Shown: positions 38,567 to 47,991, numbered from the stretch's first letter. The stretch is DNA of 61,396 nt from a virus (IMGVR_UViG_3300021433_000004:1-61396); one strand, 5' to 3'. Made by a program: numbers and translations. The notes: generated by a model not told the origin, from the sequence alone.

Positions 38567-39176
38567 GGGCCATCCCTTTCGCCACCCGCAAGGAAATTGC
38601 ATCAATGATGCCGATCTTGGTATCGTCTGCCGAAACCTCGATGCCGTACTTGTCCTTGGCCGTCTTCGCCAAAACGTCCTTGGACATCGCATTCAATTCA
38701 ATGATCTCGGCAACGGACAATGATGGAGCCGGAATAACGCCCACCGAAGCCGCGAGCGGATCGGCTACCTTCTCCAGGTGTGCCTGCTCCTCGCTGCGCC
38801 GCAAAACTGGCGGAAACTTCACGAAGCCTTTCTTGCCTGCCTCGTCTTCCGCAGCCTTGTCTTTCACGATGATCTTAAGCGGTTCCGAGGCAGGCCAGTC
38901 CATGGGTGCCAGATTCGGATTCGCCTCATTCCGGCGGCGCACGCCCAGACGCTTATCTTCGATAACCGGGTCCAGCCTGGTTTCGTGATACATCATTTTT
39001 GGGTATTCCTGATGCCGATACGGTTTCCAGCCTGGAGACCGCTCGGGATGATGGATATCCATTGCGCCCTGCACTTCATTCCGATTCAGCAGTTCATTCG
39101 CTGTTTCCTGCAAAGATTCCAGCAGCAGCTTTTTGCGAAGCTGTAGATCGTCATAATTCATTCCAGCAGTTGACAT
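38559..39176 (-). CDS. Head-region protein with possible C-terminal HeH/Rho-N-like domain
   Basis: QEYPKMMY; MSKDVLAKTAKDKYGIEVSADDTKIGIIDAI. Confidence 0.7.
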   Translation of the reverse strand: MSTAGMNYDDLQLRKKLLLESLQETANELLNRNEVQGAMDIHHPERSPGWKPYRHQEYPKMMYHETRLDPVIEDKRLGVRRRNEANPNLAPMDWPASEPLKIIVKDKAAEDEAGKKGFVKFPPVLRRSEEQAHLEKVADPLAASVGVIPAPSLSVAEIIELNAMSKDVLAKTAKDKYGIEVSADDTKIGIIDAISLRVAKGMAHV

Positions 39177-39190
39177 ATTCCCTCACTTTG

Positions 39191-39217
39191 AAAATAAAGG
39201 GGGCCGAAGCCCCCTTT
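39191..39217 (-). terminator. Rho-independent terminator after coat and decoration genes
   Basis: AAAGGGGGC-TTCG-GCCCCCTTT-ATTTT on the minus strand. Confidence 0.85.
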
Positions 39218-39223
39218 GGAGTT

Positions 39224-40135
39224 TTACTGCCCGTAGAGGCCTACCGATGCCGAGAGGTTAGCCGCGGTATCGGAAGTAGCGCCTACGAATTGAAACTGGA
39301 TGTAATCGCCGGCAACGACGGCCACACCGTTTGTGGAATCGCTGCACGTAGTGCCGGAGGCCGCAATCGTGCAAGTCAAGGCTGTAGCCGCGCCGTTCTT
39401 GTAAACGGTCATCACGTCCTTACTTGTGCCTCCTACTACGGCTGCGCTCGAAAGGACACGCAGATTGGCCAGTTCGCCATTAGTAGCCACAACGTAGCTA
39501 TACAGGGCCGTCGTGCCCGTGCAGGCTGCCCCATTCAGATAAATCGTAGCGCCGCTAGAGACTGTGCCCGTGCAGAAGCCAGTAGCCGCAGTAACCGCTG
39601 CACTGCCCTGCGAACCGAGCCCGGAGCGGAACCAGTTTCCGTCCGCCTTGCAGTCATACCGATTGCCGCTGGTCAAATTAATCCATGGTAGAATCGGATA
39701 CAGCTGTGCCGGCGAAGTAGCCAGGCCCGTCGAACTTGCCCAGCAAGTGCCCGCCTGATCATAGCCCTGAAACAAGTTAGGGCGGCTGACATAGACAGTC
39801 CTGCCGGATTGATGCCCCTCTGCCTTTGTCCCATTCGAGCCCCGAGTCACAGTGATGCAGGTTCCTGAGGGCGGAACGGTATTCGTTACAACCGTCATGG
39901 CTTCGGTATCCACCCAGAGTACCGTCTGGACAGAAGCCGTTGCCGTAACGTTCGAGATTGAAGTCAGGCAGATATTGGAACTGACGGGGGCCGTCCCGCT
40001 GCTGAAGACTGCGGGAATAGCCGCCGAAAGCGTTGTCGTGGTAAGCGTCTGGCTGCCCTGCTGCTGTGCAAATCCAGTAACAGTCAAGAGAGCCAGCAAA
40101 ACCGAAGCTGCGAAAATACGGGTTAGTGTTTTCAT
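39224..40135 (-). CDS. Signal-peptide, Cys-rich protein in the capsid decoration position
   Basis: MKTLTRIFAASVLLALLTVTGFA-QQQ; immediately after the coat gene and before the terminator; VTRGSNGTKAEGH. Confidence 0.75.
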   Translation of the reverse strand: MKTLTRIFAASVLLALLTVTGFAQQQGSQTLTTTTLSAAIPAVFSSGTAPVSSNICLTSISNVTATASVQTVLWVDTEAMTVVTNTVPPSGTCITVTRGSNGTKAEGHQSGRTVYVSRPNLFQGYDQAGTCWASSTGLATSPAQLYPILPWINLTSGNRYDCKADGNWFRSGLGSQGSAAVTAATGFCTGTVSSGATIYLNGAACTGTTALYSYVVATNGELANLRVLSSAAVVGGTSKDVMTVYKNGAATALTCTIAASGTTCSDSTNGVAVVAGDYIQFQFVGATSDTAANLSASVGLYGQ

Positions 40136-40154
40136 TGGTGTATGCTCTCTCTCC

Positions 40155-41396
40155 TCAACTGCAAGCGATGCGGACGGCGCAGTTATCGGGGTACAGTGCC
40201 CCAAAGCCCATCAAGACATCTGCGCGGGTGACTTTCTTACGCTCGATCGGATCAAACATTTCCAGCAAGGCAATCGAGATCCCGGTATCGGGGTCCGTAG
40301 CCCGTGCCGACCATTCGCAAGCCTTCGGGATTTCCAGCGGTACGCCGACCATCGCAAAGGCATCTTTGGTGATTGCCATGCCCTGCGCCGAAGACTTTCC
40401 GCTTGGCGAAGTGGTTCCGGGGAAGGACGTGATTGCCGCCGTATTGGTAGGTAGAGAATCGACGTTCTGATACTGCGAGCCGGGGCCGAAGATGGCTGGC
40501 GAGATGTTCAATACGTCTGCGCCGCCGCCAACGCAGGTAATGCTCTGCGTCACGACGAACTGCTTCAGAGTATTGGAAATGTTCGCCAGGTTCTCCGGGT
40601 TGACCGCATTCACATTGGCGATGTTAAAGATATCGCCCTGATTGTACGTGTCACCCGCCGTCGCAAAAATCGTTAGCGTCGATCCTTGCTGCCCTGCACC
40701 GGCTACGGTATTCGCCCCAGCCTGGGTTCCAGCCGTCTGCCGCCAATTGTTGACTGACTCGTACCAGTCAAAGCCGCTCATCTTGCCCATGGAGCCTTGC
40801 TTATACTGGCGCGAGATTTCCGAAGTTGGATTGAAGAACGAAGCCAAAGACGGAATCAAGCTGGTTCCAACCGAAGGCGGGTAGATCATGCCCCATTCCT
40901 CATCTTGCGGGCAGCCTTGCTCAATCAGCCTCTGGCGGGCCTGCTGGAACGTCGTCATGGAGGTTGGGTCTACGCCCAATTGTCCAACGATGTTGGAGGT
41001 ATTCTGCATGGCGAATAATGCAAAACGCCGGTCAATTTCATTGGCAAGTTTCGCCATCAGCTTGTCAATGTACTCTTCCTTGAACCATTCCCGGCCGCGC
41101 TCCATTTTGAGAGCACGCTCGACGGAATCGACTTGGAAATGGATACCGAAAATCTGATTTACACTGACCGTGGTGTAAATCCGGTTAATGGGCTGAGGTT
41201 GAAACGCCAAGCCGTTCGTTACCAGCCAGCGCTGCGGTAGTTTGACGCGGACGGCTTCGCCGACGGCAAAGTCTCGTTCGTATTCTTTTTCGTACTTATG
41301 GGTGGCAAACTGTGCGTATACGAGCTTATTCAGCAGCATACGCAGACTTTCCGCCGCGACCCAATCGACGAACTGAAATGTGTTTGGGGTAGCCAT
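40155..41396 (-). CDS. Major capsid protein (P22 coat family)
   Basis: 413 aa; LLNKLVYAQ...GEAVRVKLP...GKMSGFDWYES...RADVLMG. Confidence 0.92.
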   Translation of the reverse strand: MATPNTFQFVDWVAAESLRMLLNKLVYAQFATHKYEKEYERDFAVGEAVRVKLPQRWLVTNGLAFQPQPINRIYTTVSVNQIFGIHFQVDSVERALKMERGREWFKEEYIDKLMAKLANEIDRRFALFAMQNTSNIVGQLGVDPTSMTTFQQARQRLIEQGCPQDEEWGMIYPPSVGTSLIPSLASFFNPTSEISRQYKQGSMGKMSGFDWYESVNNWRQTAGTQAGANTVAGAGQQGSTLTIFATAGDTYNQGDIFNIANVNAVNPENLANISNTLKQFVVTQSITCVGGGADVLNISPAIFGPGSQYQNVDSLPTNTAAITSFPGTTSPSGKSSAQGMAITKDAFAMVGVPLEIPKACEWSARATDPDTGISIALLEMFDPIERKKVTRADVLMGFGALYPDNCAVRIACS

Positions 41397-41418
41397 TTAA
41401 AAGCTGTCCTTTGTGCGA

Positions 41419-42528
41419 TTAGCGGCGGGATGCCGCAAGATCGCGTGCGTTCATGGCCCTCATGTACGAGGCCATGTCGCCTCTTGCCAAAGCATCTTCC
41501 GCCTCATCCTTTGGAGCGGCTTTACGTCCGCTCAATTCCGTAGGCGGCGGCGGTAGCTTCGGCGGTTGAGGTTTCGCAGGAACAGGTTCCGATACCGGCT
41601 TGTCAGGCGCAGTCACTTCTCGCTCTATCGCTTCCAGAATCTTGATTTGGCGCACAGGACTGACTTTGTTCTCAAACTTCTGAGTCTTGATGTCATATGT
41701 CCCATAGTCCCATTTCTTCGTTTCTGGATCGTATGTGCAGCCGTAGAACTCAGCTACGATCTCAGGATGCTTCTGCAAGTGATACAGAATCTCTCCTGGA
41801 TGATCGGACTCGTCAATGAACTGATCGACGGGTGAGCCTGCGGGAATCGGCAAGCCCTGACCTTTGCCAACGACTTCAATAAAGTCAGGGTACTTTTGCA
41901 TCGCCGATTTGGATTTCTCCAGCAGGGCAGCGCCTTTCGAGGTCATTTCTTCGGTAGCGCGACGAGCTTGTTCGGCCTTCGATAAACGCTCTTCAATTTT
42001 CGCCTCAAACTGTTTTTCCTTCCAATCATCGACGGCATCCATAAAGGCCGCCATGGTTTCAAAAGGTTTACCAGTCTTTGGGTCATTGTCCGTTATCTTG
42101 GGCCGGGCACTGAGTTTTTCGGGCTCCGCCTTAATCGGTTCAGTCTTGACTTCGGCGGGTTGAGAAGTTGCTTGCTTCCGCTCAAGCTCCTGGTATTTTC
42201 TCTGGAGATTGCCGTATTGCTCGGATAGCTCCTTCCAGCGTTTGTCGGAACGACTTTCTTGCTTCTGCGGTTTGGCAGCTGGCGATGCTGCGGCAGTTTC
42301 GCTCTTGGCCGGAGGCGGTACGGCCGGTTTCGCCTCAATCTCTTTTGCGGGGGCCGACTCCGCTGGTTTCGGCTCAGGTTCTTTTACTTTAATGGCAGGG
42401 ATATCGCCGGTCTGCCGCCATGTGGCTAACTCTTTCGCCGTGGCATGATCCAAGCGGTCCTGCACGGAAATCTCTTGTACCTCGGGGGCTGGGGCCGACT
42501 CAGCCGGAGTAACGGCGGGAGTGCTCAT
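41419..42528 (-). CDS. Scaffolding protein
   Basis: Between portal and coat; charged, Pro-rich, helical. Confidence 0.8.
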   Translation of the reverse strand: MSTPAVTPAESAPAPEVQEISVQDRLDHATAKELATWRQTGDIPAIKVKEPEPKPAESAPAKEIEAKPAVPPPAKSETAAASPAAKPQKQESRSDKRWKELSEQYGNLQRKYQELERKQATSQPAEVKTEPIKAEPEKLSARPKITDNDPKTGKPFETMAAFMDAVDDWKEKQFEAKIEERLSKAEQARRATEEMTSKGAALLEKSKSAMQKYPDFIEVVGKGQGLPIPAGSPVDQFIDESDHPGEILYHLQKHPEIVAEFYGCTYDPETKKWDYGTYDIKTQKFENKVSPVRQIKILEAIEREVTAPDKPVSEPVPAKPQPPKLPPPPTELSGRKAAPKDEAEDALARGDMASYMRAMNARDLAASRR

Positions 42529-44831
42529 TGCTGATCACCTTCCTGACTCTGGTTTTGTTCTTGCATCGCCTGCTGATGCACTTGATCGGAAGCCTGCTGC
42601 GCCGATTGAGTAGCCGCAGCCTGCTGGCCTAATTCCATATTGTGCTGATGCGTCTGCATCGCCATACCCAATTCATGTGCCTGCTGATGCAACTGTTGCA
42701 GCAGGTCATTGAACAATTGCAGCCGCTGATTCACGTCCTGCGCCTTGGTGCTGATCTCGGCCACTTCCAGTTTTACCAATCGGTCTTTATCAGCTTCTGA
42801 AATCTGTACCGTATGCGAGGCTGCATCCGCTTCGCCTTTGGCCTGAATCTCCATTTGCTTCAGCTGGAGTTTCGTCTGCGCTTCCAATTCCCGCTTCGCG
42901 CGATCCTGATGCAGGGCCGCATTCTCCGTCTGCAATTGCGTTAGCTGGGATTGCAGGGCCTGTAACTGCTGCTGCTGCTGTGCCGGATCGCCCTGCGGAG
43001 GCTGAAGAATCTTGACCATCTGATCGCCAATCGGCCCTAGCTGCTTCAATTGGATAATCAGCGCCAAAAGTGCCGTCTTGATCGAAGGATCTAGCGGCAG
43101 TCCTTCCAGTTCCTGCGTCAAAGTCTCAAGGTAATCGCTGGCTTCTTCCCGCTGCGAGTCTTCGTTCGGCCCTACCGCAATCGTCACATCGTACTCACCC
43201 AAAGTCATATCGTGATGCTGTTTTTGGCCGACTTCGTCCGTGTAAGGCTTATTAATCCAAACCAGCTTTTCCTTGCCATCCCGCATGCGAATCGGCACTT
43301 GGCGCTCGCTAACTTCCACCTTGGAAATCAGATCGCTGGCAATCCTACCCATGGCCGTGATAAATCGGTTGTAATTGGAAATGAAATGGAATGACCCTAC
43401 ATCCGATTGCTCATCGAGTTCCTGAATCGCCTTGCCGGATTTGACGTTTGTGTCATTCTTGCCAACGGAACTGTTGTACATCCCTATAGCGGACTGGATG
43501 TCTCGCTGGAAGGTTTCCCCAGCCAAGGCAAGATTTTGCAAGGGTGGGTCAAAGGGTTCGCGCGTCGGCGGCTGCGCCGTCTTCTCCCCATTCGGCAGTT
43601 CTACTGCCTTATAGTACAAGTAAGGTCTGGGAACACGGTTCGCTTCGGCTACTTCCTGCTCATGCCCTTCAAACTGCCCTTCAATTGCCAAATAGTTCGT
43701 TCTCGGAACCTGCCCTACCGCTTCCATCATGCAGGTTCGCGCATAGTTAAACGCCATCTGGGCGTCGCGGGCATTGCGAATCAAAGACATCAGCATGCGC
43801 TTCGATCCGCCAGCCTCCGTGATGAATAATTCCTTGCCCCAGATCGGCACGATAGGAATCCATTTGCCAACCCATTCGTTTTCTTCCAAAATTTCCACGC
43901 CGTTTGTCAGGTACTGCCAAATCTTTCGGGTATGCGTGTCCCGGCTGTTAAGATATGGCGCTCGAATCTCAGGATGGCCTTCAATCGCCGGGTAAATGAC
44001 CATGGAGTTCTCTATGCGGCCGCCGCGAGCTTCCAGCTTGGACTTCAATTCCGTCAATAAGCCTGCAGCTCCGCCATCGAACTGTACGAGTTCATCGGCC
44101 TGCTTTTCCACGCGCCAGTATTCGGCAATCTGAATAAACTTTTGCTTGATCCACTGCGGATAATTTCTGGCTACTTCGCCCTCAAAGGCTACAATCTCCG
44201 CCTTCGGCCAGCGCCGCCGAAACTCTGTCTTGGAAATCTCGTCCAGCAGAAAGCAATGCTCCGCATCGGAGCAGTCCAGTTCCTTGCAGCCGGGGTCCAT
44301 CAGCACCGCATCAGGATTCGGAATACGTCGAATGCAAATCTCCTGATCAAAGCTGGTTTCTGAGGCATATCGCAGAGACACGCGAGCAAAGCCATAGGAC
44401 CGCTGCACGCAGTTCTCTAAAGCCGTGATATAGGCTGCCTGGGCATCAGATTTGTACTGAATCGCCCGAATGCGGTTCTCGCGCAGTTCCGCAAGCTGGG
44501 CTGTAGCTCCAAACCCCGCCGGGGAAATCTTGATCTCGCGGGGATGCTGGCGAACTTCATTGATCACCAGATTGCAGTATTGATTAAGCTGGTCATCGGA
44601 GATCATAGGCCGCTCGCCCGAACCTTCCTGCCCGCGGCGTGCCGTCTTCTCCGAATCCGGCCAAGGATCGTTCGCTACGTAGAGAATATCTTTAGAGCCC
44701 TCTTCGCGGATCGTGCCGAACTGATCCGAATCAGTATCATAGTTCTCCCGGATTTCCCGAAGCAGAGCTTCATCCTTAGTGCCAAGCCGACTGCGGTTCT
44801 CTACTGCTTTCTGCTGTTGCGTATCAGGCAT
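42525..44831 (-). CDS. Portal protein (P22-like)
   Basis: 768 aa; IPIVPIWG...LIRNARDAQMAFN...SGKAI...GEYDVTIAVGP..DSQRE; Gln-rich barrel tail. Confidence 0.93.
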   Translation of the reverse strand: MPDTQQQKAVENRSRLGTKDEALLREIRENYDTDSDQFGTIREEGSKDILYVANDPWPDSEKTARRGQEGSGERPMISDDQLNQYCNLVINEVRQHPREIKISPAGFGATAQLAELRENRIRAIQYKSDAQAAYITALENCVQRSYGFARVSLRYASETSFDQEICIRRIPNPDAVLMDPGCKELDCSDAEHCFLLDEISKTEFRRRWPKAEIVAFEGEVARNYPQWIKQKFIQIAEYWRVEKQADELVQFDGGAAGLLTELKSKLEARGGRIENSMVIYPAIEGHPEIRAPYLNSRDTHTRKIWQYLTNGVEILEENEWVGKWIPIVPIWGKELFITEAGGSKRMLMSLIRNARDAQMAFNYARTCMMEAVGQVPRTNYLAIEGQFEGHEQEVAEANRVPRPYLYYKAVELPNGEKTAQPPTREPFDPPLQNLALAGETFQRDIQSAIGMYNSSVGKNDTNVKSGKAIQELDEQSDVGSFHFISNYNRFITAMGRIASDLISKVEVSERQVPIRMRDGKEKLVWINKPYTDEVGQKQHHDMTLGEYDVTIAVGPNEDSQREEASDYLETLTQELEGLPLDPSIKTALLALIIQLKQLGPIGDQMVKILQPPQGDPAQQQQQLQALQSQLTQLQTENAALHQDRAKRELEAQTKLQLKQMEIQAKGEADAASHTVQISEADKDRLVKLEVAEISTKAQDVNQRLQLFNDLLQQLHQQAHELGMAMQTHQHNMELGQQAAATQSAQQASDQVHQQAMQEQNQSQEGDQQ

Positions 44832-45107
44832 TTAATTGCGAATGTTCTCTCGGCTTTTCCAGTGATAGGCATGCGATTCAGTAACCATTGCGGGTCGTCG
44901 CTGTTTGCGCTTTGGCTCGCCTTGCTCGGCGGTATGGCTTTCCATATCGTGCTTCGCCTGCATCTGTTCGCCTTTGGCTGTGACCTTATTGCCGCGCATC
45001 GCGCCAATTACGTTCATCGTGCCAAACACCGCACGTGCGAGGGCCTTCCCTTTCTTGCCCTTTGCGGCATACTCAGCTTTCAGCTTTTGCTCCAGGAATT
45101 TTGGCAT
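44832..45107 (-). CDS. Basic hypothetical protein
   Basis: MPKFLEQKLKAEY...VFGTMNVIGAMRGNKVTAKG. Confidence 0.7.
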   Translation of the reverse strand: MPKFLEQKLKAEYAAKGKKGKALARAVFGTMNVIGAMRGNKVTAKGEQMQAKHDMESHTAEQGEPKRKQRRPAMVTESHAYHWKSRENIRN

Positions 45108-45268
45108 CAGTTCGCCCTCTGAAGCAGAAATCGGCTGGGATTCTTTCTGGCGTTTGGGCAATTCTTGGCATGCGTCAGATAGCAATCGCACACCCAGCAC
45201 TTATGCGCCTGATGCGAATTAGCAAGATCAATCCACATTTGGATTTCGAGGAAAGATAGGCCGTTCAT

Positions 45269-45838
45269 TTAAGCCTCTTTCCAATCGTAGCCATGACTCT
45301 TGATGGCCGACTCGCTGAAGTCTGTCTTCATGCCAGGGGTATCATTCAGCGCACAGCAGGCATTACTGTAGACATGAAATGCGCCTTGCTTGCAGAACAT
45401 CGCGCGACCCTGAGAGTCTTCTGCCTTTGCCGCCGCGTGATACTCGCAGCGCTTGCAGCCGAATCCTGCTTTCGGCGTCTCCCCGTAATCCGCCATCTCT
45501 TTGCTGATCTTGCGTGCAAATTTAAGTTCCGAATCGCCCGCGTCTTTATTCTCCCAATGACGACAGGAACCATGCTTTGCGCTGATTGCGCCTTCGACTG
45601 CCAGACATGCCCCGCCTTGAATGAACTTATTGCATTCGCCGCAATCGTAATTGCCCTCGGAATCATAAATACGGGGATTGCCGCACCAGGGATCTGTGTA
45701 CTGAAACATCTGAAAGAAGGTCTGCCGCACATGCTCTTCCTTGACTTCATCGTAGGAACCAGTGTCCTTGAACAGGCCATCAGCCCCTACGGGGAAGGAA
45801 AGTACGTCACGAATCTCGCTTGTCTCAGGCATATCCAA
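45269..45838 (-). CDS. Cys-rich protein with HiPIP-like motifs
   Basis: CGECNKF...CLAVEGAISAKHGSCRHW and CKRCEY...C...CC. Confidence 0.55.
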   Translation of the reverse strand: MDMPETSEIRDVLSFPVGADGLFKDTGSYDEVKEEHVRQTFFQMFQYTDPWCGNPRIYDSEGNYDCGECNKFIQGGACLAVEGAISAKHGSCRHWENKDAGDSELKFARKISKEMADYGETPKAGFGCKRCEYHAAAKAEDSQGRAMFCKQGAFHVYSNACCALNDTPGMKTDFSESAIKSHGYDWKEA

Positions 45839-45861
45839 GCACTGCGGCCAGTTTCTTTGAC

Positions 45862-46179
45862 TCAGGCAGCATTTGGATGTTCGCGGAAATATCGATCAAT
45901 CCCGGTCTCTATTCCTATTGGTAGCGGCTGGCTTACTAGTATCCGCCGCAGAATCTCCATTGCCAAAAACGGAAGCCATTTGTCCTCATTCTTCGGCATC
46001 GGAGTATTGAGATACGCAATCACAGCAGAAGTGCGGTGGGTGAACGATTCGTTCGGCCAGAATGCAGGGTCGTCATCTCGGTCAAACTTAGCGAAGAACT
46101 CGCTACGATCTTCCGAGAAGATTAACGTCACACTGCGCCTCGATTCTGGATTGCTAGCTCTTTCCCAATTATGCTGCAT
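45862..46179 (-). CDS. Hypothetical protein
   Basis: TAATG coupling, GGAGG RBS. Confidence 0.65.
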   Translation of the reverse strand: MQHNWERASNPESRRSVTLIFSEDRSEFFAKFDRDDDPAFWPNESFTHRTSAVIAYLNTPMPKNEDKWLPFLAMEILRRILVSQPLPIGIETGIDRYFREHPNAA

Positions 46180-46514
46180 TATTCCTCCGCGATCTCTTCT
46201 TCTTCGTCCGGTTCGTGGCCCTTGGCATCCGTCTTATCCGCCGACTCGTCCTTTTCCTCAATCACTGAGTGCGGTATCCCCATAACCTTCGCAATGTGCT
46301 GGAGCACATGCCCGGCCGGAAGGACTGGCTTCTCACCCCCATGCGCCTCGAATGGCATGCGCTCGGGGGGGTGCTCAAAAGCCGTATGGTGATGCTCGAT
46401 AATGTGACCGCCATTCTCGCCATCGCCTTTGTACATGCGAACGTGCTCCAATTCCTTTGCGGGCATCTTTGGCTTCTCTGCCCGCGGATTCATCCCGCCA
46501 TGTGCAATAGACAT
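46179..46514 (-). CDS. His/Glu-rich hypothetical protein
   Basis: 111 aa ORF with GAGG RBS. Confidence 0.7.
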   Translation of the reverse strand: MSIAHGGMNPRAEKPKMPAKELEHVRMYKGDGENGGHIIEHHHTAFEHPPERMPFEAHGGEKPVLPAGHVLQHIAKVMGIPHSVIEEKDESADKTDAKGHEPDEEEEIAEE

Positions 46515-46540
46515 TCAGTAGCCTCGATTCTTAGAAGTTG

Positions 46541-46735
46541 TAGGGCCTGAAAACGCCATAATGCTGAATTGGCATCTCCCCTCAGGCCCTATCGCTGTTA
46601 CGCGGGAACGCGCAGCGCTTTTTGGGAGAAATTGAGGCTGGGTTCTCCATGCTCATCGTGCCGCCTTGCTCAGAAGGTCTTCTCTGGAGGTTGAGCGACA
46701 TATCCAGCGGGCAGAGGGAACCTTGCCACCCAGCC
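46541..46735. ncRNA. Candidate structured RNA element
   Basis: Pairings 46541-46550/46582-46591, 46593-46617 hairpin, 46636-46643/46728-46735 in a ~250-nt gap. Confidence 0.35.
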
Positions 46736-46769
46736 ATTGCCTGACTCAGTTCCCGATGCAGCACAGACT

Positions 46770-47300
46770 CTATACCGTGGCCGAGAGTACATCCGTAAAC
46801 GTCGCTACCGTCGGCGTCAGGTTCACAATGTATTGCCGGGAAGTGTTCTGCGCGATCGTAGCCGTCCCGGTCACGGTTACACCCGTGCCCCCTGCCAAGG
46901 TAAACGTTCCCGCCCCCGTCTGAGCAATCGTCAGCGTGTATTGCAGGCCATTGGTCAAGATCGCCGGATCGTTCAGGAACGGCCCAAACTGGGCTATAGC
47001 ATCGGCCCATAACTGCGCTGCCGTGCGTGTAGTCTGCGTCCCTGGCGTCGTCGCGGCAGATTGCAGGAACACATCCAAGCCGCCCGTAAGAATATTGGCG
47101 GGGATCGTGCCTGTAGTCACGCCCGCCGCAAACGTGGAGAAATATGTGCTGCACAAGGCGAGCAATTGGGCGGCGCTACTGAAAGTAAAGGCGCCAAAGT
47201 TTACCAGCGGGCCGGCGGGATTGATAGCCATGCCCAGCAAGCCAAGGCCCAATAGCACCAGCCAGAAACCGGGATGCAGGAAAAGCAGTGCGAGAGTCAT
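46770..47300 (-). CDS. Virion decoration-like protein with hydrophobic leader
   Basis: TTRTAAQL...GAGTFTLAGGTGVTVTGTATIA; 23-aa hydrophobic N-terminus. Confidence 0.65.
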   Translation of the reverse strand: MTLALLFLHPGFWLVLLGLGLLGMAINPAGPLVNFGAFTFSSAAQLLALCSTYFSTFAAGVTTGTIPANILTGGLDVFLQSAATTPGTQTTRTAAQLWADAIAQFGPFLNDPAILTNGLQYTLTIAQTGAGTFTLAGGTGVTVTGTATIAQNTSRQYIVNLTPTVATFTDVLSATV

Positions 47301-47303
47301 AGA

Positions 47304-47510
47304 TTATCCTTTGCCTAAAATGCGGTTCGCTTTTGCGTCGATCTTTGCCTTGGAACTGGTAGATAGTTTGCCTGCTTTGACCATTTGCGAGGCGCGAGCT
47401 TTGGCGTTGGCAGCATGACTGCGGTCGGGCATCGGGTAGGCTCTCCGGCCAGGAAGTCCGAATACGCTGTTTGATAAAGCGTTACGATTGGCGCTGGTTA
47501 ATTCGGCCAT
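47304..47510 (-). CDS. DUF6582-like small basic protein
   Basis: RNALSNSVFGLPGRRAYPMPDRSHAANAKAR. Confidence 0.7.
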   Translation of the reverse strand: MAELTSANRNALSNSVFGLPGRRAYPMPDRSHAANAKARASQMVKAGKLSTSSKAKIDAKANRILGKG

Positions 47511-47816
47511 CTACATCCCTCCGCGCATACGCTGAAGAATTGAATTCGGAAACTGCTGTTGTTGCGGAAGGCCATTCCAGCCTTGAACCGGAGATTGAAT
47601 GGGATTGATAGGCATAGGAGCCTGCGGAGGCTGGCCGCCCCATTGACCACCATTCCATCCCTGCACCGGTGCCTGTATCGGTGCGATTGGCTGCACTGGA
47701 GGCTGTCCGCCAGTGAATCCAGGCGGCATGCCTCCATTGAATCCGGGGACAGGGCGCATGGCCGTGCCTTGAGGTTGCATAAACTGCTGTGCGTAGGCAT
47801 TGGCGTAGGGCAGCAT
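47511..47816 (-). CDS. Q/P/G-rich low-complexity protein
   Basis: PIQxPVQGWNG twice; abuts both neighbours. Confidence 0.65.
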   Translation of the reverse strand: MLPYANAYAQQFMQPQGTAMRPVPGFNGGMPPGFTGGQPPVQPIAPIQAPVQGWNGGQWGGQPPQAPMPINPIQSPVQGWNGLPQQQQFPNSILQRMRGGM

Positions 47817-47817
47817 T

Positions 47818-47991
47818 TTAGTTTACCGCCGTGTGTTCGGGATGGTGCAGAGTGGCAACAATATGAAAGCGGTCACATAGCAGATCCGTAGCGTCATGAT
47901 CATTCCTATGACCTCCAGGCATGCGGTCGTAGGATACGGGCCTGACCTCCTCGCATGATGCACACCAGATGCTTTCTACTTCAGGCTTCAT
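47818..47991 (-). CDS. Small Cys/His protein
   Basis: TAATG overlap with terL; WCASCEE...LLCDRFH. Confidence 0.55.
   Translation of the reverse strand: MKPEVESIWCASCEEVRPVSYDRMPGGHRNDHDATDLLCDRFHIVATLHHPEHTAVN

Noticed and set aside
45293-46285. 330-aa plus-strand ORF
   Set aside because: Antisense to three coherent coupled minus-strand genes
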